64,000 nt of DNA from contig JAJOLD010000001.1 in the NCBI GenBank assembly GCA_021129515.1, positions 164,850 through 228,849 of the forward strand, given 5' to 3'. Each line of letters opens with the position of its first letter. Position 1 is the stretch's first letter. This document shows positions 22,161 through 30,530 of this stretch, one piece after another. This DNA is from Minisyncoccota bacterium (GTDB taxonomy: Bacteria > Patescibacteriota > Minisyncoccia > Phycocordibacterales > UBA918). Position numbers and translations under genes: made by a program. The notes under the pieces are model-generated. The model was not told the origin of the DNA. It worked only from the letters and a program-made list of their open reading frames with translations, and did not search any database.

Positions 22161-23540
22161 CTACATCGACTTAAGAAACACATGCAGCTCCTTTTTCTTT
22201 GCTTCAGCGAGCTCCTTCTCGGGAGCTTCTACTACAAACTTCAGTGCGTCTTCCGTCACGCTTTGCTTTACCACAAACCAATAGTCTTTGAAGGTCACGG
22301 TCACCCCGTCAAATTTCTTCACCGTACAGGATTTCATCTTTCCGTATTTTGCTGCTACTTTCTCAAGGGCTTTCTTTTTATCGGGTACCTTCACCAAAAT
22401 CTCTTCCGTCTGGTGATACACCCCAAATTCCGCAATCATCTCTGAGAATGTCTGTCCTTCTTTTGCTGCCTCAGTGTACGCAGCCAACACCTGCAAGAAC
22501 GCAAGAATACCGGAGTCCGCATAGAAGTTGTCTTTAAAATAGAAGTGCGCTGAGTGCTCACACCCAAAGAATGCGTCGTGCTTACGCATTTGCTCTTTGA
22601 TAAACGCATGCCCTACCCGAGCGCGAACTGCTTTGCCACCGTATTGCTTAATGGTCTCCTCGTATATTTTGCTTGTGAACACCGTGTATACAAACGGCAA
22701 CCCTTTCTTTTTCTGGAGCGCATACTTCGCGAGCATTGCGCCAATCACCGCACTATTTATATACCACCCCTTCTCATCGAAGAACGCCACGCGGTCTACA
22801 TCGCCATCAAAGGAAACGCCAAAGCCATACTTCCCGGTCTTGAGCTCAGCAACAATTGCCTTTTGGTTTTTCTTGAGTGTTGGGTTGGAATCACGATTTG
22901 GAAACGAGCCATCGAGCTTGAAGAAAAGCTTTTTTGTTGTGACAGGCAGTGTGTCAGTGAGTACCGACTTGAAGGTTGTTGCCATACCATTTCCGGCATC
23001 CATCACCACTCGAACCTTTCTATCTGATTTTACCTTCACCTTCCCTGCAACATACTTCTTATATGCAGGAAATACATCTGTCTTGGTCACCCTTCCTTTT
23101 TTCTTGGATGCAGCAAAGGTTCCACGCTCCACTAGCTTCAAAATAGCCTTGAGTCCCGATGCATTGGTGACCGGCACCGCGCCTGGCAGCACGAGCTTGA
23201 GTCCATTGTATTCCTTAGGATTATGTGAGGCGGTAATAACCACACCATGCGCTTTCATGGTCCCCGATGCGTAATACATCGCAGGCGTGCCCACCATACC
23301 GATATCGATTGCTTCCGCCCCAGCGTCAGTCACGCCTTGCACAAATGCATTCCGAAGCGCTGGTGAGGACACACGCATATCACGCGCCACAATCACCTTC
23401 TTTAGCCCAAAATGCTGTACAAATGCCCGCGCCGTGCGATACGTGGTTACTTCGTTAATCTGCGTTGGGTAGACACCGCGAATATCTGCATCTTTAAATG
23501 CTTTTTTATATTCCTTAGGCAATGTATCAGCAATCTTCAT
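22161..23540 (-). CDS. Phosphomannomutase/phosphoglucomutase
   Basis: ITASHNP, FDGDVDR, CEHSAHFYF. Confidence 0.95.
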   Translation of the reverse strand: MKIADTLPKEYKKAFKDADIRGVYPTQINEVTTYRTARAFVQHFGLKKVIVARDMRVSSPALRNAFVQGVTDAGAEAIDIGMVGTPAMYYASGTMKAHGVVITASHNPKEYNGLKLVLPGAVPVTNASGLKAILKLVERGTFAASKKKGRVTKTDVFPAYKKYVAGKVKVKSDRKVRVVMDAGNGMATTFKSVLTDTLPVTTKKLFFKLDGSFPNRDSNPTLKKNQKAIVAELKTGKYGFGVSFDGDVDRVAFFDEKGWYINSAVIGAMLAKYALQKKKGLPFVYTVFTSKIYEETIKQYGGKAVRARVGHAFIKEQMRKHDAFFGCEHSAHFYFKDNFYADSGILAFLQVLAAYTEAAKEGQTFSEMIAEFGVYHQTEEILVKVPDKKKALEKVAAKYGKMKSCTVKKFDGVTVTFKDYWFVVKQSVTEDALKFVVEAPEKELAEAKKKELHVFLKSM

Positions 23541-23764
23541 ACTGGGTGAAAGGTAAATTTACTATGCATGCAGTATACCAAATTGCTGACTCTGAATTTG
23601 ATACATCCCAGTAGCATATCTCAAAACACTCGATTGCTTCGTCGTTTCATTGCATTCCACTCCTCGCAAAGACGGAAAACCTACGGTTTTCCGTCTTTAT
23701 TTGTATATAAAAACAGACTCGCTGAATATCAGCGAGTCTCAGTGAGTCGTATGCAGTGAGTATA

Positions 23765-24379
23765 TTACCCATTTTTATGGAGCCAATTGTAGGCAGGATC
23801 CCACATAGATTCCTCGTTACCTTCTTCTGGAATAAGGGGTGTAACACAGTCAATGTTTACATCCTCATTCCACCTTATCTGAGGCATAAAGCCCTGCATA
23901 CCAAGCTGTGCAATACCTTCAAAATGTCCCGGCGCGTCATCAAACATCAGTGTTGCATCATAGTGCTTAGCGATATCAAGTTTTGTGACCTCATCAGTAC
24001 CATCATGCCGATGCCCAAGATAATGATGAGCTACAAACTTGTCAGCAAGGTATTTTTCATACAACATCGATACATATGACTGATGTGATTCTGGTCTACT
24101 TGTCACCATCACCAGTTGCCATTCTCGCTCGAGGAAGTGATCGATTAATCGTGCAACCCCAGGCAGCGGTTTGATGCGTTGCTGATGCTTAGACTGCGTA
24201 AACACATGTACTCGGTGGTACAGCTCTTTAAATGAGCAACCAAAGACTTCATGCCACCGATAATGTATGAAATCGCTGATATGTGCACTCGTGCCATACT
24301 TATCATTATGAAAGTTAATGAACGGGACACCAAAAGGAAATAAGGTGTCGTCGTTATCAAATAAAACTACTTTTCTCAC
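23765..24379 (-). CDS. HAD-family 5'(3')-deoxyribonucleotidase-like protein
   Basis: LFDNDDTL, VTSR, MFDD motifs. Confidence 0.75.
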   Translation of the reverse strand: MRKVVLFDNDDTLFPFGVPFINFHNDKYGTSAHISDFIHYRWHEVFGCSFKELYHRVHVFTQSKHQQRIKPLPGVARLIDHFLEREWQLVMVTSRPESHQSYVSMLYEKYLADKFVAHHYLGHRHDGTDEVTKLDIAKHYDATLMFDDAPGHFEGIAQLGMQGFMPQIRWNEDVNIDCVTPLIPEEGNEESMWDPAYNWLHKNG

Positions 24380-24514
24380 AGAAATCTCCTCTATGTTCCT
24401 ATTCTGCGTCGCAGCGTATCAACAAACACACCACAATTCAAGCAACCACCTACACCCTTGTGGTATATAATTTATTATGAAATAAGTTGTGTCATTGATT
24501 TGTACTAAATAGAT

Positions 24515-25513
24515 ATGCAAACAAATGCTCATCCTGCTCTGGTCGGACGCATAGGCCTTGGCACCATATTGACCATCGTGGTACTGACGACCATCACCAC
24601 CCTGCTGGTATTGTGGTTCATCGTTACTAAACTTCCCGCGGAGTATCTCCCCCAGTCCCTCACCACACGCGAAGAGGTGCAAAACATTCCCCTAGTCACC
24701 CGTGACCTCGTTTCAGACACTATTCCCGATATGGTCGAGCGGGTCTCGCCTGCAGTCGTGTCGGTGGTTATTTCTGCTGACGTACCTATCATTGAACAAT
24801 ACTACGAGTCATACAGTCCTTTTGACTTCTTCTTTGGGCAAGGATTTGGTGGATTCAATGTGCCCCGCCAGCGGCAAATCGGTACCGAGAAGCGTGAAAT
24901 TGGAGGTGGCTCAGGATTCTTTGTCTCCCCCGAAGGGTTTATCGTGACCAACCGGCATGTCGTTGACCTCGACGATGTTGAGTATTCAGTCGTCACCAAC
25001 GACGGCACCTCATACGAGGCAGTCGTGGTCGCCAAGGACCCGTCGCTCGATATTGCTATTTTAAAGGTTGAAGGTGCCGAAGCATTCCCCTTCCTCGAGT
25101 TTGGTGACACCGAGCAAGTGCGCCGGGGTGAAACCGTTGTCGCTATCGGTAATGCGCTTGCTGAGTTCCCCAATAGTGTGTCGGTTGGTGTGGTGTCAGG
25201 ACTTTCGCGCGACATTGTCGCAGGTGATGGACGCGGGTTTATGGAGTCGCTCGAAGGCGTGATTCAGACCGATGCAGCGATTAACCAAGGCAACTCGGGT
25301 GGACCCCTCCTCAATACCGCTGGCGAAGTGATTGGGGTTAACGTTGCGGTTGTGGGCGGAAGCGAGAATATCGGTTTTGCCCTTCCCTCAGACTCCGTAC
25401 AAAATGTCTATGAAAGTGTGAAGGAGTATGGAGAAATCTCGATGTCTGCTTTGACCAGAACTTTGTTGGGTGGGGACCTGAGGATGCTGAGTTCTGTTAC
25501 CGAATGTGTGTGA
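24515..25513 (+). pseudogene. HtrA/DegP-like serine protease truncated at ~25440 (no PDZ domain)
   Basis: VTNRHVV, DIAILK, QTDAAINQGNSGGPL; after KEYGEIS the sequence switches to unrelated DNA. Confidence 0.75.
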
Positions 25514-25815
25514 AGCATCAACTGACTCCAGTCTACGATAAGCCCATCGGTGCCTACCACCTTGAAAGCCCAGACGCTGTTGGGAACGTATTTCGAAGAA
25601 AAGATCATGAGTCAATCGTGAATTACATTCGAAACACTTTCCGTTTTTACAACAACTGTCCTGGTCTTGAGATGGAAGAGGTATTCTATGGATTTCCCCG
25701 ACTACGTCTTGAACCTTCGACGAATACTTGGACCGTGATCTCTCGCACCGAAGCTGGTAATGTTAACCTACGCGAAGCAGTTGAGTTCGCGAGACGCTGG
25801 ATGCGGTCGAACTAA
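25441..25815 (+). pseudogene. 3' fragment of a glycosyltransferase (GT2/GT7C-like)
   Basis: Reading upstream of ORF 25504 gives DVCFDQNFVGWGPEDAEFCYRM, the FDxxFxGWGxED motif; no N-terminal domain. Confidence 0.7.
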
Positions 25816-26013
25816 GCCCTTCCCCGACCGCTTTGGTCGGGGAACTTTTTGTTTCTTAAGCTTCTCTCTAGTCTCTAGCAACTTTTACTTTCTCACGATG
25901 TAATCTATAATTTCTCTACTTTTTCCTGAAGTTCTTTCTCTCGCTGATTCCAGCCCTAACACTGATACGGTATACTATAGGTCACTTCTATAATAGTAGT
26001 ATTCTCATAGCGT

Positions 26014-26394
26014 ATGTATACAGGAAATTGGACATGTAGTTCATGCGGTGGCGGCGTCACCGAGCTCCCATTTGAGCCACGAAGCGAAAAAGGGCTCACC
26101 TGCCGCAGTTGTTGGAGTAAGCAAAAGAAAAAAGAAAGCGCACAGGCACCCGAAATGGAGAGTGCGTCGGTAGAAGCACCCAACGACATCCCTGACGACG
26201 CAGGACTCGCAGGTGAACAAGAACCTGTAGATGATCTCGGCATGGACGCAGTGCCTGCCTCAAATGAAAAACCCACCTTCACAGGTGACTGGAAATGCTC
26301 AAGCTGTGGCGCAGCCATTACCACCCTCCCCTTTGAGCCACGCGGTGCTGCAGGTTTGAAATGTATTGACTGCTTCAAAAAGAGCAAGGCGTAG
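26014..26394 (+). CDS. Protein with two CxxC-x17-CxxC zinc-ribbon repeats
   Basis: WTCSSCG..LPFEPR..LTCRSC and WKCSSCG..LPFEPR..LKCIDC. Confidence 0.85.
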   Translation: MYTGNWTCSSCGGGVTELPFEPRSEKGLTCRSCWSKQKKKESAQAPEMESASVEAPNDIPDDAGLAGEQEPVDDLGMDAVPASNEKPTFTGDWKCSSCGAAITTLPFEPRGAAGLKCIDCFKKSKA

Positions 26395-26592
26395 CAGGGT
26401 TGCACTCTGTATGATAGAGCGGTAGTCTACAGACAGAAGAGCATACACACAACGAGGACAACTGGCGCCATTGGCGTTTTGCAGATATGCACCATTGAGG
26501 ATACGACATACTACAAAACATATGTCACTAATGTGTAGCACAGACCCTATACCACAAGCCCCGGGGCTTTTCTGATACAAATCGGACCTATA

Positions 26593-26895
26593 TTATTTTC
26601 TATATTTTGCTGTTTTTCTTGCTATTGCCTCTGGTTGCTTGACCCACTGCTGTCCACGTTTGGTTCCTCGATTTTTAGCGCGACTTGTTGCCGCCTTCTC
26701 GCCTGGCGTGAGACTCGCGCGTGCTTTTTTAGGCAGATATCGACTCTGTTTTTTCTCTCCAACATAGTCCCAATTTTCCTGAGTCCATTTTTGTAAATCA
26801 TTATCCGCACGCTTTGGACCAATATATGTACCACCAGCATCTTTGTATAATTTCACAGCATACTGCATAGCACGCGCTGAAAAGACTCCGCCCAT
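26593..26895 (-). CDS. Basic DUF5872-like protein, probably 5'-truncated
   Basis: SARAMQ..YKDAGGTY..LQKWTQENW..RYLPKKAR..GQQWVKQP, family assigned from recalled motif. Confidence 0.6.
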   Translation of the reverse strand: MGGVFSARAMQYAVKLYKDAGGTYIGPKRADNDLQKWTQENWDYVGEKKQSRYLPKKARASLTPGEKAATSRAKNRGTKRGQQWVKQPEAIARKTAKYRK

Positions 26896-26897
26896 AA

Positions 26898-27227
26898 ACA
26901 AACAAAAGTCGATTGGAATCAATCGTGCATGATATTGAGGTATTTCTTAAAGAAAAACTTCAGTTATCACTACACCCCAACAAAGTATCTATTCGGAATG
27001 TTAATCAGGGTGTCGACTTTTTAGGGTACGTAGTATTGCCACACTACTGCGTGCTCCGTACCAGTACCAAGAAACGGATGTTTAGAAATGTACGAAAGTT
27101 AAAACATGCTCATACCAAAGATACTATTTCTTTTGAACGTCTGAATGCTTCGCTCAATTCATATCGAGGAATACTCACCCATTGCAAAGGACATACGCTC
27201 GCGAAACAGCTCGATGAGCCGTCCTAG
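26898..27227 (+). pseudogene. C-terminal remnant of a DGR-type reverse transcriptase
   Basis: FLKEKLQLSLHPNKVSI..QGVDFLGYVVLP..LRTSTKKRM..LNSYRGILTHC; begins just after where YxDD should lie; no catalytic core. Confidence 0.85.
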
Positions 27228-27279
27228 AGTACCATGCATACTATGATTAGCATATTACTGTGTGAAAAAATAAAAAAAT

Positions 27280-27307
27280 TTCGCCACGAACCGAAGTTCG
27301 TGGCGAA
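27280..27307 (-). terminator. 12-bp hairpin just downstream of the DGR variable region (terminator and/or DGR cruciform)
   Basis: ttcgccacgaac-cgaa-gttcgtggcgaa, followed by a T-run on the minus strand. Confidence 0.7.
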
Positions 27308-27332
27308 GGGTTAAAGGGAAAAGGTGCAAGGG

Positions 27333-28034
27333 TTAGGAAACCACTGCACGAGCACGCAGGTTGACATCCGAGTTGTCGGGGTAGGACCAGCCGGCGCGCA
27401 CCTTGCAGTGGCCGGGGGTCCAGCAGACGTGCGGAACGTTGCCGTCAGCGTCACGCGAACCCGTGCAGAGCGTGAGACATTTCACATCGAGAGGTTTCCC
27501 TGTCTCAGTGAAGTACATCAACTCGTACAAGAGTCGCTCCAAGACTGTGATACCGTCGATTCCCTGCTCAGCGATCTGCTTGGCGGACATGTTTTTGTAT
27601 TCTTCGTCCGCTTCAATGCGATCACGCACCCAGATGGCGTAGACCGCCTTTTTGTTCGAGCGATCATTCTTCGTGATCGCCTTATCCAAATCGTCGGCGT
27701 AGAGCCAGACGTCGCATTTGGTACGCAAGATTTCGACTGTCTTGTTCATCGTCAACCCTTTCGGAATGATGATGAGACGGTCGAAACCAGGCTGTTGGTC
27801 AGGAATTTTCACCTTTGACGTGTCACAGGTAATATCTGCTTCGTCAAAGATCGACTGCCAGCGTGCGAGGTGGTCGGCAAGCTCCATCGATGGACCAGCG
27901 AAAGGATCGCGATGCTCCAGCAGTGCTTGTATGTGACGACCACCGAGACTTCCGTCGTCAATTTGACGGAAGAGATCTTTGAGTTGAGAAGCCGAAACAC
28001 TCGACCCCTTGACGACTACTTTTTGCATAGCCAT
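27333..28034 (-). CDS. Putative DGR target protein with C-terminal variable region (~27333-27460)
   Basis: C-terminus GSRDADGNVPHVCWTPGHCKVRAGWSYPDNSDVNLRARAVVS; run of NNC codons; adjacent RT remnant and hairpin. Confidence 0.75.
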   Translation of the reverse strand: MAMQKVVVKGSSVSASQLKDLFRQIDDGSLGGRHIQALLEHRDPFAGPSMELADHLARWQSIFDEADITCDTSKVKIPDQQPGFDRLIIIPKGLTMNKTVEILRTKCDVWLYADDLDKAITKNDRSNKKAVYAIWVRDRIEADEEYKNMSAKQIAEQGIDGITVLERLLYELMYFTETGKPLDVKCLTLCTGSRDADGNVPHVCWTPGHCKVRAGWSYPDNSDVNLRARAVVS

Positions 28035-28132
28035 GAGATTTTCCTCTTAGTTTGTTGAAAGGACTAGGCGCTAACGGAGTGTTAAAACACGAAATCATCA
28101 TATCATAGCTTATCTAGTTTGTCAAACACAAC

Positions 28133-28165
28133 CGCTAACTATAGTCTGTAGAGCTATAGTTAGCG
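28133..28165. promoter_or_regulatory. Inverted repeat, candidate operator upstream of the XRE gene
   Basis: cgctaactatag-N9-ctatagttagcg between divergent genes. Confidence 0.5.
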
Positions 28166-28190
28166 TTTATCTACACTCTTAGGTGTAGAT

Positions 28191-28400
28191 ATGCGAAATA
28201 AAACACTTACAAGATTTGGTAATAAGGTACGAGCCGAGCGACTACGTCAGGGCATTTCGCAAGAGAGACTAGGAGAGCTTGCGAAGGTTCATCGGACATA
28301 TATTGGAATGATTGAACGTAGCGAGAAAAATATTACGCTTTCTAATATTGAAAAAGTTGCTAAGGCACTCAAAATACGAATGTCTGATTTGGTTGATTAG
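28191..28400 (+). CDS. XRE-family HTH regulator (resembles restriction-modification controller proteins)
   Basis: ISQERLGELAKVHRTYIGMIERSEKNITL. Confidence 0.9.
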   Translation: MRNKTLTRFGNKVRAERLRQGISQERLGELAKVHRTYIGMIERSEKNITLSNIEKVAKALKIRMSDLVD

Positions 28401-28407
28401 TGCATAA

Positions 28408-28716
28408 GAGAAAAACCACCCTACTGGGTGGTTTTTCTCTCTGGATTAGCCTGCGGCGTCTTCTGTGGCTGTGTAGTACTTCGAGCTAGCTGTGAGAGGG
28501 TCATTTTGACCCGTCTCGGGCTAGTCGTAAGTGGCTGCCGGAGGGACTCGTCCTGACGGTTTCTAAACTCACTTCGTTCGTTAAGAACCGCGGGACACGG
28601 CTCGCAGACCCAAAGGGTCCCCTGCTCCGGCGGTTCGAGTCCCAAGAAAGGTGCGCAGGCACCTTTCTTGTCCAGTAGCATGAGAAAAAGCGCATAAAGC
28701 GCTTTAGACTCTCGTG
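28408..28716 (-). repeat. Structured tRNA-downstream region with inverted T-arm copy and degenerate 3'-end copy of tRNA-Gln
   Basis: Inverted ggttcgagtccc at 28632-28643; direct 3' fragment at 28534-28550; motifs shared with 10377-10410 and 52965-53002. Confidence 0.7.
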
Positions 28717-28787
28717 CTGCCGGACAGGGACTCGAACCCCGATATCGACGACCAAAACGTCGCGTCCTACCATTAGACGATCCGGCA
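28717..28787 (-). tRNA. tRNA-Gln(TTG)
   Basis: TGCCGGA acceptor, CGACG-TTTTGGT-CGTCG anticodon arm, GGGGTTCGAGTCCC T-arm. Confidence 0.96.
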
Positions 28788-28791
28788 ATAT

Positions 28792-29481
28792 TTACTTTTG
28801 CGTGGCGATTATAGCATATATCCACCCCATAATGCGACGATTCATAGCTGTACTCTTCTTAACTCGCACTGATACCAAGCCTATGTACGAATCATCAACT
28901 TTCTTTCTAACAGTTTTGGGATTATGTTTCTTATATATGGTACGACCAAAGCTGTTTGCAGGAATGCTCAGTGCATCTGACCAAATCTTTATTATCTTTT
29001 TCTCTCTGGATTTATGATTCTCGTGCAAGTGCAATCGCAGAACAATATCTTGCTCACAGACCTCCGTAAACTTATATAGCCATGCAATAAACAACTTGAG
29101 CATATGAGGATCTGAATTACCGAAGTCAACCATAATACCTGTTCTGTCAGCACTTTTCTTCGCTCCTTCAGCCCAGTACAATGCAATACCAATGAAGAAT
29201 AGTTCTCTGTCAGTGAGGTGTGAGATATCTTCTTTACACATCTTATTAATCTTTTCAGTTTCCGCTATTCGTATCTCCCGTTTCCGAGCAGCTCCACGCA
29301 ATTGCGCAGCACGCTTCTTGTCCGTCAGCCGTTGCTTTTGCTTTTGACCTAAACCAACATCACGCAGCCAAAGAGAGAGCGTGGATTTTGATACTGGCAC
29401 AATGCGCAATATCTCATTGTATGTTTTACCCTGCTTGCGCAACGCGACTGCTTTCTGTTTCTCTTTCTCTTTTAGAGTCAT
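28792..29481 (-). CDS. HTH plus single LAGLIDADG-like motif protein
   Basis: N-terminal LRKQGKTYNEI..VSKSTLSLWL (HTH); FIGIALYWAEG and FGNSDPHMLKLF resemble a LAGLIDADG fold. Confidence 0.65.
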   Translation of the reverse strand: MTLKEKEKQKAVALRKQGKTYNEILRIVPVSKSTLSLWLRDVGLGQKQKQRLTDKKRAAQLRGAARKREIRIAETEKINKMCKEDISHLTDRELFFIGIALYWAEGAKKSADRTGIMVDFGNSDPHMLKLFIAWLYKFTEVCEQDIVLRLHLHENHKSREKKIIKIWSDALSIPANSFGRTIYKKHNPKTVRKKVDDSYIGLVSVRVKKSTAMNRRIMGWIYAIIATQK

Positions 29482-29549
29482 CGAACTTAGTATGCCATGT
29501 ACAGTACCTATATTCTTAATATTCGTCTAATACATCTCATGGGGCATGG

Positions 29550-29889
29550 GGCAGACAAAGTAAAAAGGGTTGCGAAACGCAGCCCCGGTGAAAATGGGAA
29601 GTTCCCAATCGGCGATTGACCTTATGTAACAGCTCACACGAAACCGGACTTCCAGCGCCGGCTCGTCAATACTTTACTGACATTGGATTTCACTACTGAA
29701 TGATGCGGGTTCAAGACCCTTCGAACGCCACACTTGGCAGTGCAGCCAAAATTCAGCGATATTCCACACGGAACCAATGTCAATTGTGCACAAGCACATT
29801 AAAGTGATATGCGACCCCAGGGAACAAACCCATGTTCGATAGCACTCTATACATACAAACTATCAAGAACATATCGCTTCCTGTCCGCC
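29550..29889 (-). ncRNA. Candidate ~340-nt structured ncRNA, family unassigned
   Basis: No ORF; 5' ggcggacagg pairs with 3' tttgtctgcc; several multibranch domains; G-U pairs mostly favour the minus strand. Confidence 0.55.
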
Positions 29890-30138
29890 ATATTTTGAAT
29901 CTATGGAAATACTTAGTGAGCTACGCCGATTCCCTGTCAAAAAAGCAGGGTCGATTCAAAAAAATAGAAAATGGTGCCTGACTCCATCTTCCATTTTCTG
30001 GTGACCCCATTTTCCACTAAAATCCCACGAGGTGGAGGCTGCAGACTTGGACAGATTCTTGGATATAAAGCACACACTGCTTAGGAATAGTGTTCCTTTG
30101 TAAAAAATTCTCAGCTCACCCCATGCTACAATTCCCCC

Positions 30139-30495
30139 ATGGCACAACTACGAACACAAAAGCTTGCTGAAGAATACACGACCTACCGAAACACTTGGAC
30201 CGAAGAAACTGGTTGCGTGCTCTGTACCTGCGATGTCGCCAAGGAATTTACGTATTGGAAAATTTGTCCGGCGAAGTTCCCCTACGACCTCATTGCGTCT
30301 CGTCACGACATGCTCCTCCCGAAACGACACGTGACTGAGAACGGACTCACCGATGCAGAGCATGCAGAATATCTCGACATTAAACGCAACCATCTCAGCG
30401 ACTACGAGTTTGTTGTTGAAGGCACCTCACATACGCAAACCGTGCCGCAGCATTTTCACCAACATCTCCTCGTCATGAAAAAGATACCCGAATAA
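30139..30495 (+). CDS. HIT-like protein
   Basis: CVLC, HDMLLPKRH, QTVPQHFHQHL. Confidence 0.75.
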   Translation: MAQLRTQKLAEEYTTYRNTWTEETGCVLCTCDVAKEFTYWKICPAKFPYDLIASRHDMLLPKRHVTENGLTDAEHAEYLDIKRNHLSDYEFVVEGTSHTQTVPQHFHQHLLVMKKIPE

Positions 30496-30530
30496 GAAAA
30501 AGAGTCGCAATTGCAACTCTTTTTCTTGCT

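Noticed and set aside
25850-25950. Pyrimidine-rich short repeats
   Set aside because: Too degenerate to define a unit.
27324-27818. 164-aa plus-strand ORF
   Set aside because: Antisense to the DGR target, whose strand has the RBS-like signal and VR signature.
28421-28825. 134-aa and 95-aa ORFs over tRNA-Gln
   Set aside because: They overlap the tRNA and hairpin repeats; no protein motifs.
29550-29889. tmRNA, RNase P RNA, group II intron or DGR template repeat
   Set aside because: No tRNA-like ends; ggaagtccgg is in the wrong half with no P4 partner; the gagccgg..ccggtttc stem is too short for domain V; no similarity to the VR.
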